64,000 nt of DNA from Lobosporangium transversale (lineage: Eukaryota): contig NW_019029023.1 in NCBI RefSeq assembly GCF_002105155.1, positions 124,001 to 188,000 on the forward strand, given 5' to 3'. The translations under genes and the position numbers were made by a program. Each line of letters begins with the position of its first letter. Positions within the stretch are counted from its first letter, which is position 1. The notes beneath the pieces are model-generated. The model was not told the DNA's origin, did not search any database, and saw nothing but the letters and a program-made list of their open reading frames with translations. Of this stretch, positions 13,801 through 28,351 are shown piece after piece.

Positions 13801-16068
13801 CTGGCCTGCACAAAACCCGTGTAAAGCGACATTTATAGTGCTAATATTTCGGTAGTGTATAGAAATTGGTGAGGTGAGGCTAGTAGGTCTAAGTGCGCTA
13901 GCCTGAGCTCTTCTCGACCTTGTTCTTCTTGCTCTTCTCAGGTCTCTGTTGAGCCACAGCTCGATCAATTCAAATCAGGGTCCCTTTGATTCTTGTGTTT
14001 AACAAAAGCGGATACTTTATTCCTTCTCTAGTTGTCTTAAGAGGTAACTGCGCCTAAAGCCGAACGATCAAAAACTCGAATGATCATTGGCCTTATTGAC
14101 CAGCTTTTGCATACGCACAAGCACCTGCCTCTAGTGTCATCTCAAACTTGTGGCATAGAAAAATGGGGGTGCAATTGCAGAGATACTTCTTTTTTTTCAT
14201 AAGGTCAGAATATTACGTACCGGGTATGGCGGGATATTACAAAAAGGCTCCCGCTACTCACCTTGTAGATATCTTATTCAAATGTATAAATAATCCTTTC
14301 ACCTGATGATGCTCTATAGTCATATACATTGATATGTTTGAATTTCTCCCTTGTGCTTACTAAAGGTAAGGTAACTGGCCATGTTTCCTGTATTTTCAAC
14401 CTCTTGCGACAAACATGAGCAATATGGACGCGTTACGCCGCAACGACTTCTGTCTAATCCGTTTTTTTATATACAACAAAAAGAAAAGAAAAGAAAAGAA
14501 AGAAAAAAAGACTTCTATATGCCTTGTGATATGAAGTTATGGTCTCGACTGTGCTTGCCACCGCCATGCCCATTGATTGGGCTGTCGTGTTTGAGTGGCT
14601 GATTGTCGTGGATCCGCTGATTGAGGGGCAGTAGCCCATTGGTTGAAATCATAATATTATTCTATAAAATATCGTGTTCAAAATAATAAAATTCGACTGC
14701 ATGCCAGTTTATCCTCGAACCATGAGGCAGTCAATGCCTCTGAACGTCTTTAATGGGATTATAGTATGCTTTTGGGATATAGAAACAGACAATGTTGTCC
14801 CACTTTTGTGCATGAAGGGGGTCTAGGGTTAGTTCTTTGAGGGATGAGCCTTTTGAAGCTACGTCTGTTGCTGATAAAAAACAAAAATGGGTCTCCATTT
14901 TCTGCATACTTGCAGCGCTTCCATAATTCAAGGGCTGTAACATTGCCACCAAAGGATACATGTTTGTCGAAGCATTGATACACCCCTTAACAAAAGCTCA
15001 TGTGTATGATAAAAGTATTGTTTAAGGGACGCAAAGTGGTCAATAACATGTGGTGGTTATTCAGATATTAATTCGGTTTCCTATGGAGCCCGAACAGTCG
15101 TCCTAAACGGAAGCAATTAGTACTCAGTTAGTTCCTACTTAGACCTTGTGCCAAGAAGAAGGGATAATGAGAAGGGACCATAATCCCGGCAGCCAAACAT
15201 TTGGCTATGGCGAAAGCCTAATAGCGGATAGTTTGAACCAAAGCTCTTGATACAGATCAGCAAGCAGGTTGTTGTCATCATCGTTGTTTAGGCGCTAAAT
15301 AGCTTGAATCAAAGGTTAATGGACCTCTTGAGTGTACATGAACATGTAGGCGAAACGGGATCTATGATGCAATATCGTTTACCATGTTATGTACATAATA
15401 TTTTGTGCCGCATAATATATATAAAATATCACTCTGCAAGCTTGGATGTAAAAAAAAAAAGCTATGCTTGTTATAGTTAGTAGAGGAAAGTCCAGTAGAC
15501 AATTTGCTTTAATGCTTTGAAATTTTGTGGAACCCAGACGAGAATAAGAAATTTAAGTCCTGGTGACTTGTGTTTGACAATGAGGCAAGGGTTGCCACAT
15601 CGCGTCGTCTATGGTCTATGACTCTTTTATTTGTCTAGGAAAAAAATGATTCAATGGTGCCGTCATCAACAGCCTTATAACAGACTTGGGTAAGCCTACA
15701 TCATTTATAGAAGATAACCTAAAAAGGATGGCGATCATAGAAACTGGAAAGTAGGCTTACGCAGATTGTTCTCGAATTTTTATTTATTTTTTTTATTGGT
15801 TTTATTTAGCGATGATTTTCTTCTTAACATCAAAGAACATGATGAAAAAGAAAAAAATGCATCTTATCAAAAATACTAACAAAAAAGAACTATGTAATAT
15901 GTAGTCGATCTCTTTCTCTTTCCCCTTCACTTTTTTTTTTTAGTCTGTATCAATATGTACAAAAAAAAAAAAAAAAAATAAATGGCCCAATTCCAAATTT
16001 TTCTTCCGTTCAAAGAGGGGAGAAGGGACCTCGGATTGGCAATTTTTTTTTTTTTTTTTGAGGCCTAT

Positions 16069-17040
16069 TTATGCAGCAGCCTCCTTCTTGCCTGTCTGCT
16101 GCACACCCGCAGATTGGCGGCTATTGGTAGCTTGAGTTGGAGCAGCAGGATCAATAGGCGTTGCGGTCTCGATACCAATTGCACCGTTGCCCTGCTGAAC
16201 AACCTTTGGAATCATTGGAGCTGGCACTGTCGTGGAATAGACAGTGGTTGCTTCTGGTGGCTGTCCATCAACTGCTCTTGCCGTAGTTTCAATAGTAGCT
16301 GCTCCGGGAACAATATTACTATCATTGGAGTCTACAATTACGGTTTCTGTTGTATGAAGCGTCGATTCCTGTGAGGGCGCCGCATCACCTGAGACCGAAA
16401 CTGGAGCAGTTGTCGTTGTCGCCGTTACCAATGGGCCCATCGTGGCCATGGGTGTTGGTGCTGGAATAGTGTCGAGCTGAGGAGCTGTAGGAGCCGCAAT
16501 GGTTGTCTGAGAAAGAGGGGCAGGTGGCACCAATGGTGTAGTAGCCAAAATATTGGCTGCAATAGATGGCTCGGTGCTTAGCACAGTATCAAGATCTGGA
16601 AGAGGCGCTACTTCAGGAGCTGGCTCCTTCAATGTCTCCTCCAATACTGCTGCCTGTGCATCCGTCGGTAAGCTTGCGACGTCGGGAATAGCTGTTGCTG
16701 TTGGTGGAACAGTCGATGGCGTTTCAGCTGCCGTGTGAACTGGATCGACTGCAGGCGCGATAGAGCCATTAGCAGTGTCAGAGCTGTTAGTGCTGTTGTT
16801 GTTGTCCAGGATAGGTTGCTGGAGTGTTATCGCAGGCGTGGGTGCAGGCGCACGAGGTAGCTCCTCTTTTTTCAGCTCCTCTAGCGGTGTGTCTGTCGAA
16901 TCAGTCTTTGGCAGCTTTGTAGCAGGCTCCTCGACTACTGGGGCTGAAGGATCATCTCCCTTTCGCTTTGCCCCGTTATTAGTGGCATCTGTTGTAGCAG
17001 CGGAAGTCTGCTTATTTCCTCTAGAACGCGTTGTGACCAT
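16069..17040 (-). CDS. Hypothetical Pro/Thr/Ala-rich disordered protein
   Basis: Single 323-aa ORF with ATG in A-rich context. Basic N-terminus (MVTTRSRGNK...KRK); no recognisable domain. Confidence 0.7.
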   Translation of the reverse strand: MVTTRSRGNKQTSAATTDATNNGAKRKGDDPSAPVVEEPATKLPKTDSTDTPLEELKKEELPRAPAPTPAITLQQPILDNNNSTNSSDTANGSIAPAVDPVHTAAETPSTVPPTATAIPDVASLPTDAQAAVLEETLKEPAPEVAPLPDLDTVLSTEPSIAANILATTPLVPPAPLSQTTIAAPTAPQLDTIPAPTPMATMGPLVTATTTTAPVSVSGDAAPSQESTLHTTETVIVDSNDSNIVPGAATIETTARAVDGQPPEATTVYSTTVPAPMIPKVVQQGNGAIGIETATPIDPAAPTQATNSRQSAGVQQTGKKEAAA

Positions 17041-17654
17041 TTTTTAAATTCTGCAATTGGATATTTAGTTGTGGGATATGATGTGGTAGATCAAAATTTA
17101 CTGCGATGTGGTAGGTAAGGTAGTTAAGAAAGGAGGGAGGTTTGATTGTTTGAATAGATAAAGGTGAAGAAGTGGAAAAAAGAAGAAAAGAATGAAAAGA
17201 GGAAAAAAAGGGCAAAGCACCAGAGCAAAGTGTTACTAGTATGATGAGGGGTACTGCGTCACGTGTATATACGTAATATATATTAAGACAATATACGTCA
17301 AAGAGTACATGTACAACATGTACAAATCGTTTAATCTCCTTAATAGATTTCTTCAGCCAATTGCGCTAAATTCATGTACGTGAACACTTAGGCTTATTGT
17401 GGAGATGGGAAATAAAGCCATACCCTTGTCTGGAAATACAGGGGAATTTTTAGAACAATGAGATTGTATCGCCCATTTCATTTGGTCACGATCCTTTATT
17501 GAATTGGTTTGGTGGCATCTCATTACCTGATGGACTCGCGACAAGACTCGCAACAAGCGAGTCAATGGCTGCCAATACACTTGAGTCTTCAAAGAATATG
17601 GGATCGTGACCAAATGAAGCGGATTATAGTTTTAAATTGTATTATACGTAATAT

Positions 17655-18825
17655 TTATTTTCTATCTGCAGCTCCATTGTCGAGAGCACTTGGCCTACCA
17701 ACTTCCCAGGCAGCTGCTCGCATTTTACGAAGAGTGACACTGACTCGAATTTTCCTTGTAACCCATTCTCCATTTACTAGATCTTGTGAAGTTTCCTGAA
17801 TCCCATGCTCCCATAAATACCTTGCAGGACCCTGCATACTTATAATTGATCCTGGTTTTAGACGGACTGTGAAGCTGGGTTTCCTTTCTACTAGTGACTC
17901 TTCAGTGAATGAACTGGATCGGGAAGATGTGGAGCTACCTTCTGGTGGGTCTTCTGGAGACATGGGTTTTCTCGCTGGATAAAAGTCCATGTTGATTGCA
18001 GAAATTAGCGACACAATGATGATACCATCCTCAAATCTAAAAAACACCGAAGTTGGATTAGCTTGATTGCAAATAATTCTTCAGCTAGTTTGCACAAGTC
18101 GTCATAACGGACGTTTACCGTGCTAAATCCACATGGGGTTTGATACCATCGCCTGTTTTTTTTTTTTTAAAGATAATAATAATAAATGTTATGCGTTAAA
18201 TCCTTTCTTCTTCTTCTTCTTTTTCTTCTTCAAAAAAGATATCCTGACCTGGGTAGTACAGATTCATAATGCTCTGATCAAACAGAGGGTCTCTTTCGGT
18301 CCAGCCATTAATACCACCTCGACAGTAGGGTTCACTCAGCACTCCGCGTTCCTTCATCACTTCTTCAAGCCATTCTAGCCATTCAAGATCGCGTTCTCCG
18401 AAACACATGGCTTGGTTTTGTTGACCGCCCTTGAAAAAGTTTTTTTCGGTGATCTGAGCCATGAGTTTAGCTTGATCTTGATGTGTTAAGATGTTGGAGT
18501 GGAGAGTCAGGCCCTCAATATATGGATGGGACTGGTGATGATGGCGCATACTTTCCAGGCGTGAATTTGAAGGAGTACAGCTATTACTGTCATCTTCATC
18601 ATCAGTGCAATTCATAATACTCTGAAAGATAGGATCAGAACGAAGGGATAGCGATACGTTATCGAGCAGTATATCGTATTCTTTTGCTGTTGTTGTGGAT
18701 GTCGCTATCGTTGTTATGCTTAATTCCTTTTCTTTTTCAAGGACGGGCTCATTGTAGCCTATTATGTCGTGCTCAGAGTCATCTGAATCAAAGGACCCGA
18801 ATAATTCATGTTCCAGCGTACTCAT
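17655..18825 (-). CDS. AlkB-family 2-oxoglutarate/Fe(II) dioxygenase
   Basis: Exons 18825-18249, 18152-18119, 18036-17655 give FDQSIMNLYYPGDGIKPHVD (HxD)...LKPGS..MQGPARYLWEHGI (H)...RVSVTLR (RxxxxxR). Confidence 0.9.
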
Positions 18826-19762
18826 CGTTCAAGATGATCAGGTAATGATGGCATGGACGAATTCTTTTAATGTCTAAAAGTCTAAATGTCCGTGCTTATT
18901 ATTTTTGTTCTCGAAAATGACGCGTTTTAAGCTCAATAAGAAAAGTTTATTTCTGTAGTCACATTTTTTTTATTTTTATTTTTATTTTTTTAACTGCGCA
19001 GTTTTGGTATTGGTTGATCAGTTACTGATGGTTCCCTCTAGATGCTGGGACTATACGTGTACATTCCTCGTGCCTTGTCCAATAAAGATTTCAATGAGAT
19101 AACCAAAATCCCCAGGGCTGCGCTGTTCATTTGAATGACAAATCAGAATGAGGTGATACAGGCTTTCTCCAACAAGGATTGCATTGATTATGGACGGCGT
19201 GGACCATCACAATGGATAAACATGTGTAGTATACATGTACTGTACATGTGCATTTATTCAGACGTATAAATCGGGACTATTCCTGTGTTTAATGCTTTGG
19301 TATGCCCTAAACTGAGTGAGAAGCGGATTTGTCTTGTTCATTTCAAGCAAGGTTATAAATGTAAAGCATACACATGTACCATAGACTTAATTGGGAATAT
19401 GAGATAAAGTGCAGTGGTGATATTGAAGGGATTTAAAATATCACACTGCGCTGATGGAATGAGATGGCTTATTAATCCCAATCACTTTGCTTCCTCACTT
19501 CTTTTTTTCTAATTCTAACACCCTCTTCTCTTTTTTTCTTATCTCTCACACACCTCCCCACTCTTTTTTTTTTTTTTCTTTTTTTGCTTCTGTGTTGCTT
19601 CTCCTTTTCTCTTTTCATAGTCTGGCATTATCACTCCCTTTCTGTATCTTCATCCTTGCCTTGTTGCGCTCTTTTCCCTCCCCCCCCTGATTATTCTCAA
19701 AGCAGATCAGATTGATTGGTGTCTACTTTTGGAACAATAGCAATAACAAACAGACCTCATTA

Positions 19763-19872
19763 ATGTCTATTTGGCAATGTCACCAAAATGGTGCATGGGT
19801 AAGTTTGTCTGTAATGGCTCATGTCGAACTTATACTTTTGATCATCTTGCTCATTCACATTCATTCGCTTAT

Positions 19873-19906
<34 letters not shown>

Positions 19907-22900
19907 GAATGGACATAATGTAGGGGCCGTTCAACCCTAACTGCCCAGCTGATTTTACACCATGTTTTGAAGACACAGTTTTGCGTTTAATCCCAGTTTC
20001 ATTTCTATTAATTGCTGGTCTACCGCGTATCATTCAATTGGCCAAGAAGCCCACAATCAGTTATCCTTCAAGTAAATGGGTCCAGATCCTGAAACAGGCA
20101 TGTTAAATACTATACTGCGATTATAACCAGCCACAGAATGATCACGGAATTTTTTTTTTTCCTTGATCGACTCCTGACACTATTTATTTTTATACTTTTT
20201 GGAATTTTATAGACTGGAATTACTGCTTTAATCGCTGTCTCTATTGCTATTCAAGTTCGGATATTTCAATCCCACAAGGATAATGACGAAAGTTACTTCA
20301 GCATCGAATCATTGTCCGCCATTGTTGAAATTGTGCTTCTATTCTTTGCATGGGTATTGACGATTGTTGAGAACAAGAAGAATCATTTGTCATCCAATGT
20401 TCTGCTTGTCTTTTGGTTGCTATTGTTTATAAGCACAGCAATTAAATTGCGCACATTGGTCTTGGGATGCCCTATCACCAGCGAATGGAACGAGAGCACA
20501 CTCTATGGCTCCAAATTAGCTCTTTCAGCATTTGTCTTTTCGCTGGAAACGGTCCGTAAGGATCCTGGAATTCGTCTGGATGAAGATGATGTAAGTTGGA
20601 TATGAAAAGAGTCATTTATGAAGTCGCAATAGTAATAATAATAGTATTAAATAACCATAATTTCATATTCTTCATATTCGTAGCAAAAATGTCCTGAAGA
20701 CGAAGCCAACATCTTCTCGATTGCATCTTTCCATTGGGTGACGGGATTGATGCGTAAAGGATATGCCAAACCGTTGACATTCGATGATCTGTGGGTATTG
20801 AGGAAGGAAGACAAATCTAAGAATGTTTCGTTGACATTTTCACAAGTATGGGAAAACGAGCTCAAGAGTGAAAAGTAAGTTCCTTTTTTATTATTGTTTA
20901 CTATTGTATATAGTTATATAAAAGCATCTATAACCATAGCAATCAAGTTCTTGTTAATTAATATCAGTTTGTGCTGTGAAAAAAAAAAAAAAAAAAAAAA
21001 AAACCGTCTCTCGATGTACTCATACAGCCCCAGCTTGGTTCGTGCCATCTCCAAGGCATTCGGTAAACCTTTTTACGTTGCAGGAATTTGGAAGGCTGCC
21101 AATGATATTTTGGGATTTTTGCAACCAGTTCTTTTGCGCGAGATGCTACGCTTTGTTATGAGTTACAAGACCGACAACCCACAACCACTATATCGCGGTT
21201 ATACCATCGCTTGTCTTATGTTTGCCTGCAGTATCACTCAGACAACAGTTTTGCATCAGTATTTCCACCTCTGTTTCCGCACGGGCATGCATATCCGTGC
21301 AGGACTCGTCACTGCCATCTATCAGAAATCACTTCGGCTCTCCAACTCAGCCCGCCAGACCTCCACCGTTGGCGAGATTGTCAACCACATGTCCATTGAT
21401 GCTCAGAAAGTCCAGGACTTGGTTACATATCTCCATATTGTATGGAGTGGACTTTTTCAAATTGTACTTGCCATGTATCTGTTGTATGATACCATGAGCT
21501 GGGCGATCTTTGCAGGAGTAACAGTAATGCTTTTAATGATCCCTCTCAATGCCCGGCTATCAGTATTCATGAAGTCGTTTCAGCAGCAACAAATGAAGAA
21601 CAAGGACACTAGAATCAAGTTGATGAACGAGTTGTTGAACGGTATTCGAGTTATTAAGCTTTATGCTTGGGAAGGAACATTCTTGCAGAAAGTCCTCACG
21701 GTCCGCAATGACTATGAATTAGCGACGCTGAAGAAGATCGGCTACTTGTCTGCTGTCCAAAGCTTCACTTGGGCTTGCACTCCTTTCTTGGTCTCATTAG
21801 CAACATTTACTGTTTACGCGGTAGTCATGAAGAAGCCCATGACTACAGATATTGTCTTCCCTTCACTTTCATTGTTTAACCTGTTGCAATTTCCCTTGTC
21901 CATGTTCCCAAGTGTCATTAGGTACATTTTCAAATGCGTTTTTCTGGCGGTGCTCAAAAGATTTTTTTCTGTTGTTCTACATTGTCTAATTTTTTTTTTT
22001 TTTTTTTTTTTTTTTTGTTGCTGAATTGCAATTTAAATAGTTCTGCCGTAGAAGCTTATGTTGCGTTAGGCCGTGTCTATAACTTCTTGACGAGTGCTGA
22101 GGTCGATCCTCATGCTGTCATCGTCGAGGACCCGCGCAAGCTATCTGGTCGCAATGCAGCTGCCAAGTACGCGCTCATTGCCAAGGATGCAACTTATGGC
22201 TGGTATAAGGATTCGGCTCCTGTGATTACTAACATAAACCTCGCACTCAAAAAGGACTGTCTCCTCAGCGTCATTGGTCGCGTTGGCTCTGGTAAGAGTT
22301 CTCTAATTGCCGCACTCTGTGGTGATATGGAGCGTATTTCAGGTGAAATTCGAGTTCGAGGCTCGGTAGCCTTTGTTCCCCAACAAGCATGGATCATGAA
22401 TGATACACTGCGTGCCAACATCTTGTTTGGGAACCCATATGATCCAGCTTTTTATCAAAAAACAATCGAGGCATGCTGTCTTCAACAGGATTTTGATATG
22501 CTTCTTGGAGGCGACATGACTGAGATCGGTGAACGCGGCATCAATTTATCAGGAGGACAAAAGGCTCGAATCTCTTTAGCTCGCGCGGTTTATGCTCGTG
22601 CCGATATTTACCTGTTTGATGACCCACTCTCTGCTGTTGACGCCCATGTTGGTCGTACCATCTTTGACAAGGTGATTGGGCCCAGGGGTTTGCTGGCTGG
22701 AAAATCTCGTGTCTTGGTGACTCATCAGATTCAGTATTTAGCACAATCAACTAGCATTATGATGTTGCGTAATGGACAGATCGTAGAGCAAGGCACTTAC
22801 CAGGAGCTGATGCGGAAGAAAGCAGATGTTTTCCAGCTTGTCTCAGAATACGGAAATGACTCGAATGAGGGGGATGAGGAAATTCAACAGAATGAAGAGC

Positions 22901-24891
22901 AAACGGTTTTGAGAGAAAACATTGTTTTGGAGGACGATATTGTAGCAAATGATGATTTTCCAGCTGAGGAAGTTGCACTCCTCTCGAGTACACCACAGTC
23001 TGCTCGTCGGGATAGTATTCGCAGCATCAGTAATAGTGTTCGTACGCTTCGTCGACCATCTGTCGCATCATTACAGCAACATGGCAAAGTTGCTAAGGCA
23101 GATATACCTAACAATAATATTATTACAGAGGAACAAATGAGGCAAGGCAGTGTACATAGAAGCGTTTATCTCGCTTACGCCAAGGCTTGCTCCTACCGCT
23201 CTGTCTTTATGTATATCTTTTCAATGGTCTTCTCACAGGCTGCCTCTATCTCAACTTCGCTCTGGCTGACACACTGGAGTAGTGACAACGATCAAGGAAA
23301 TCATACACATGGTGTGATGTATTACATTGGAATTTATGCTGCACTTGGTTTATCCTATTCACTTCTTACTGTCTTCCAATCCATTGTCATTCAAGTCTTT
23401 TGCGGCATCCGATCGGCACGTGTATTACATCATGAGATGTTGATCAGCGTCTTACGATCTCCTATGATCTTCTTTGACACGACGCCCATGGGACGTATCC
23501 TCAACCGCTTCAGCAAAGATCAGTCAACCATCGACGAGGTCCTTCCTAGGTCTTTCTCTGGATATTCTCGCACATTGTTCCAAGTTGCCTCTGTTCTGAT
23601 AGTGGTCACTTTTTCGACCCCCAGCTTCATTGTGGCGATCATTCCTTTTGCGTTTATCTACTTGTGGTTGCAGCGCTATTATCTGGCAACTTCAAGAGAG
23701 ATCCGTCGATTAGACTCTGTCTCTCGCTCACCTGTCTTTGCTCATTTCCAGGAGACACTTGGGGGCATCAGTACAATTCGGGCGTATCGTCAACAGAATC
23801 GGTTTATTCAGGGTAATGAGTTCCGTCTAGACCAAAACCTGCGTGCGTACTATCCTAGCATTGCAGGCAACAGATGGTTGGCGTTCCGTCTCGAGACGCT
23901 CAGTTCTGTCATCATTTTTGGCTCAGCCTTCTTGTCCGTAGTTTCCCTTTCAAGGAACATTTCAGTGGAGCCAGGTCTGGTGGGTCTGTCGCTGACTTAT
24001 GCTATGAGCATCACTCAGACGTTGAACTGGATGGTGCGTCAATACACAGAAATTGAGTCCAACATTGTTTCAGTGGAGCGTTTACAGGAGTATATAGAGT
24101 TGAAGCCCGAGGCTCCCGAGATCATTGAGGATAACCGTCCTCCCCAGGATTGGCCTCCTCAAGGTCGCATTGAATTTGTAGATTATGAGACGAGGTATCG
24201 ACCTGGTCTGGAGTTGGTCCTTCGGGGTGTGAATTGCTCAATTAAGCCGCACGAGAAGATTGGTATCTGTGGCAGAACAGGCGCAGGCAAATCAAGTCTC
24301 ACATTATCGTTATTCCGAATCATTGAAGCTTCTCGTGGACAAATCATTGTGGATGGGATTGATATTGCAAAGCTAGGATTATACGACCTCCGTTCACGAT
24401 TCTCGATTATCCCACAAGATCCTGTACTGTTTGCGGGCACAATCCGATTCAATTTGGATCCTCTGGGAACCAAATCCGATTTAGAACTTTGGCAAGCGCT
24501 TGAAGATTCGTACCTCAATAGTTATGTCTCGAGCATGGAAGGAGGATTGAATGCGATGGTTCTTGAAGGAGGAGACAACTTCTCAGTGGGACAACGTCAG
24601 TTGATCTGTTTAGCACGTGCATTACTCCGCAAGACATCGTTGTTGATCTTGGATGAAGCTACAGCTGCGATTGATTTGGAGACAGATGCACTAGTTCAAA
24701 GGATTATCCGTCAAAAGTTCCGTGATTGCACCATCCTGACGATTGCACACCGAATCAACACTGTGATGGACAGTGATCGGATTATGGTATTGGATCAAGG
24801 ACGAGTTGCGGAATTTGATACGCCAGCAGCTCTTTTGCGGGACCCAACATCGATCTTTTACTCGCTTGCAAAAGAATCAGGAAACGCTTAA
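19763..24891 (+). CDS. YCF1: ABCC/MRP glutathione-conjugate (metal resistance) transporter, Ycf1-like
   Basis: TMD0 start (W|GPFNPNCPADFTPCFEDT), CPEDEANIFS linker, two TMDs and two NBDs (GRVGSGKS, LSGGQKARISLARA; GRTGAGKS, FSVGQRQL). Six exons. Confidence 0.9.
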
Positions 24892-25209
24892 AGTCCATAG
24901 AAAGTTTCTTCGACGATCTCTTTATTGGAAGGGAACCAGCTATTAATATATAAAAACACGTTCTTTATAAACTACTTTTTATTTTTTTTTAAGACATTTA
25001 ATGATCACTATGCTTCAAACAGTTAAAAAAATCTTTTCCTTGTTTCGTTGCAAGGCACCTCTTTCTTCGCAATAATCCTAATGACTACAGCAGAAGCAAT
25101 GACGAGAGCGATAGCAATTGAAATAGAAGTTGAATAAGTGCTAGCTATAACAGCGACTGCATAAGCAAACCGAGTTTCGAAGAAACGAACGGGGTTAACC
25201 AGTTTATCC

Positions 25210-25240
<31 letters not shown>

Positions 25241-25399
25241 GTCATCCAGAAGCACAGTTGACAAATGTGGCCAAAATATGACGTCTATCTGTAAGACCAA
25301 TTTTCTGGGTCATGAAACAAGCACTCTATGAAGTATGAGCATGTAACAGACACTTTTGATCATAAAAAGCCTGTGAGTGTTGCCATCTTATTGGTACCT

Positions 25400-25780
25400 T
25401 CCCTACTCTGCTGTGAATAACATTGTGGGTGTTTCTAAAGAGAAGGGGACAATAGAGAAAAAAGGAAGTGGTAATCGCTATGCAACTTTCCAAAGAAGTA
25501 TGTGGTACGGCTACGCTAAATTTGATAAGGCCCAAGCTTTACTATCGATAGCCTTCATCAATCCTTAAAGGTGCATTTTCACCTCGGCCCTCCTGTGTCC
25601 ATTTTAGCCGCCTCCAGAGCCGTTCTCCAACAAGCGGACTACACACTCAGGCTTATACGTTGTGAGTCAGAAGATTACAACAGTCCAGAGAGGGTTGCTA
25701 CCCGCGTTCAATGGACGAATGATTTGATTATGAATGGCATCAACCTAAAAGAGGTCGTGCTCATTGATGAATCACGGACA
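25400..25780 (+). mobile_element. Degenerate IS630/Tc1-mariner-type transposase fragment
   Basis: Frame-broken peptides NNIVGVSKEKGTIEKKGSGNR (HTH-like) and YTLRLIRCESEDYNSPERVATRVQW...EVVLIDES, resembling the x(F/L)IDE(S/T)G first catalytic motif of DDE_3 transposases. Confidence 0.65.
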
Positions 25781-26089
25781 ATTCTAAGACCTTCTGGCAT
25801 TCACGCGACCTACAGTTAGGAGAATTCTTTCTGGAGAGCCTTTTAGAAGTCGTAGGCGAGACCGTCTCTTGTGGTCTCGCCTAGAAACTACTACAGCCTG
25901 GCCTGTGGGCTAACACTATAAATGCCAAAGAAACTTCTCTCAACAAAGTCTTCAGTTTCACCCACGTTCCATCTTGCCATTATTTTTATTTCCCCCTTTT
26001 CACAGCAAACCTTTGACTTCCGGTAACTCAGTTTGTAAGCTTACCGATAAAGCTCTCGTCTTTTCTTTTGGCATCCTATGGTGCTAGAT

Positions 26090-26140
26090 ACAAATCCCAA
26101 GGAAGGTGATACTAAAATCTTGTTTTCATGATACTAAAAT
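26090..26140 (-). repeat. Dispersed repeat copy C (TGATACTAA-motif family)
   Basis: Reverse complement AGTATCATGAAAACAAGATTTTAGTATCACCTTCCTTGGGATTTGT aligns with GGTATCATGAAAGAAGATTTAATATCACTTTCCATGGGTTTTGT at ~46807-46850. Confidence 0.65.
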
Positions 26141-26490
26141 ATGGTCCGTAATTTTTCTAGGATGTTCTTTTACACTTAGGAAAACTTCTCTGAAACACAC
26201 TTTTATAACTAGCCTACTATTATAGCCTCCAATTATGTAATGTTGGTAAAGACACCGGCCCTGTAGAGGATAGCGACAAAAACATTGTTATTAATGGACA
26301 TAGAGTATGAGCATTTGGGGCTTTATATCTATCTGCACGATCTACACACTCTCCTGGAGCTCCTCTTTACTCGGTTCTTATTAGTGATTAGCTTATATAT
26401 CGTTGTCTAGCAAGTGAGGAAGATTACTATGAAAATATTATGTACAGGTTTCTCCTAAATTTTTCACGAGTCCAATCCGTCTATGCGTTC

Positions 26491-26523
<33 letters not shown>

Positions 26524-28351
26524 AAGAAGCACTAGCTGGCGGCGCAAAGGCCAAGGTTTTGGTACTTCTTTGGGTTAATCACTTAGTTTATTCCTTGGAC
26601 TGTAAAGCGGGCAAATTTACCCATTTGGCTTTCATCACCTTACGGCAGGTTAGATCCAATTCTTTGTGCTTTCTACTAGCAGAAAGCAATCGTAAAAAGC
26701 AAGTACCCACCTCAATTATACTCTGCTTCCTTCCCGGCTCCTTTTCGCAAGGTTAAACCCAGCATGCTAGCAGCGAAAACTGTGAGGGGTTTCTTCATTA
26801 CCACTATCAAGCGCTTGAGGCAACAATGATTGGGAGATCGACTCTCCCTTCACAAATCTGTAAATGTAATAACCATAGTTTTCGTATGCTCGAGCATTGC
26901 CGTTCTTTTGCCTGCAAGGGGTGTATGCAGCCTATGGGATCAAGGATGTTTCAATCATCATGAGAGACATTGCAGGTAATTGAGTACTTTCAGCCGGATG
27001 ATCCTTTCATGAATGTCATCAAGCGGGCCTTCCAGACTTACGGATGCTCTTTATAGGATTCGTTGGTCATATTTATCAGGTACGACCAATGTATGGAATA
27101 GCCGTTGCCGGAAGACCACCTCCTCTTTGGTCTATCTCTCTTCCACAGCTGAAGAGCTGGAGGGGTCTTTAAGCAGCGCCTCGCTTGCAATAACCTGGAA
27201 ATTCGCGGTATGCTATGGCGCATCCCAATATCTATTTTCTTTTAGATCAACAGTTAACCTTATGTAAAAGATACAATTGCCTTCGTACTTTAGGAATCCC
27301 TGGAGATCCAAGGACCAAAGATGGCCCGAGCAAAAGAGTGCAGTCGAGGTAAGCTTCAGATGGGAAGATTTTCGTAAGTTCTTGGCTCTTCAAGGCAATC
27401 AACTCTTCCATCAGCTGAAAAAAATTTACCAACAATGCAACATTCAGCCCAACTGAGAAGCGCCTTTTCAATGTCTTAGAAACGTTGTTCAAAACACCAA
27501 ATCCGGTTACGGAGGGTCCACCTGTCTATTATTATCACAATAAAACAAATCGATTAAAAATCAGTTATGCGTTTTGAAGTTACAAAAAGAAAAATATTGA
27601 GTATGCCAATGAACGTGGTGCATTTGGCTAAACACTTAAATGGAGAGTGTTAAAAAGCGCCGCTTCTGGAAATTTCGCTTCTATTTACTCTTGCCTTGTC
27701 TAATATCGAAAATCTCCAAGGTACGTACCATCCCCGAGTCAGAAAACCTAACTGTGATACATATCGTAACATACAAAAGTGTTCTTCTGTACCAATGGTA
27801 AAACATGTCAAATGAAAAATGCTGTTTTATGTTCTACCACCAATCCGTTACCTACGGGAACCACCAAGAAAGAGATATCTGAGCTACTTATGCATGGTGT
27901 ATCAATGTGATCAAGGGGTATTTCGAGGCATAGTTATGCCTAGGCACTTCGAAATTCAGCGAAATGGCTAAATACAGGTGCTTAAGGTGCTAAATGTTAA
28001 AGGAGCCTGAATATGGTGTTGGAATCTTTAATACGATGACTGAGCTATCACTGCGAGATTTTATAAACAAGACGCTGTACCAAACCAGATTGAACCACTT
28101 AACCAAATTCCAGGAGAGTGAAATACAGATAAAATATGTACTGGCATCCAGCCAGTGCCTTTGAAGAGAGCTTTATTTTTACTTTTTTTTATCTTTTCCT
28201 GTAAGTTGAAATCCAGTTACTCCAAAACTTCATTTCGTAAATTTGATATAAAAAGGCCCCTCCGCTCCCCAGTGGTGGTTATCTCTTCATTCTCCATCTA
28301 CACTAATATCAAAAAAAAAAAAAAAAAAAAAAAGCTTCAACTTCTTCAACA

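Noticed and set aside
14381..15000. Short ORFs in the TF downstream region
   Set aside because: No motifs or consistent splice structure identified.
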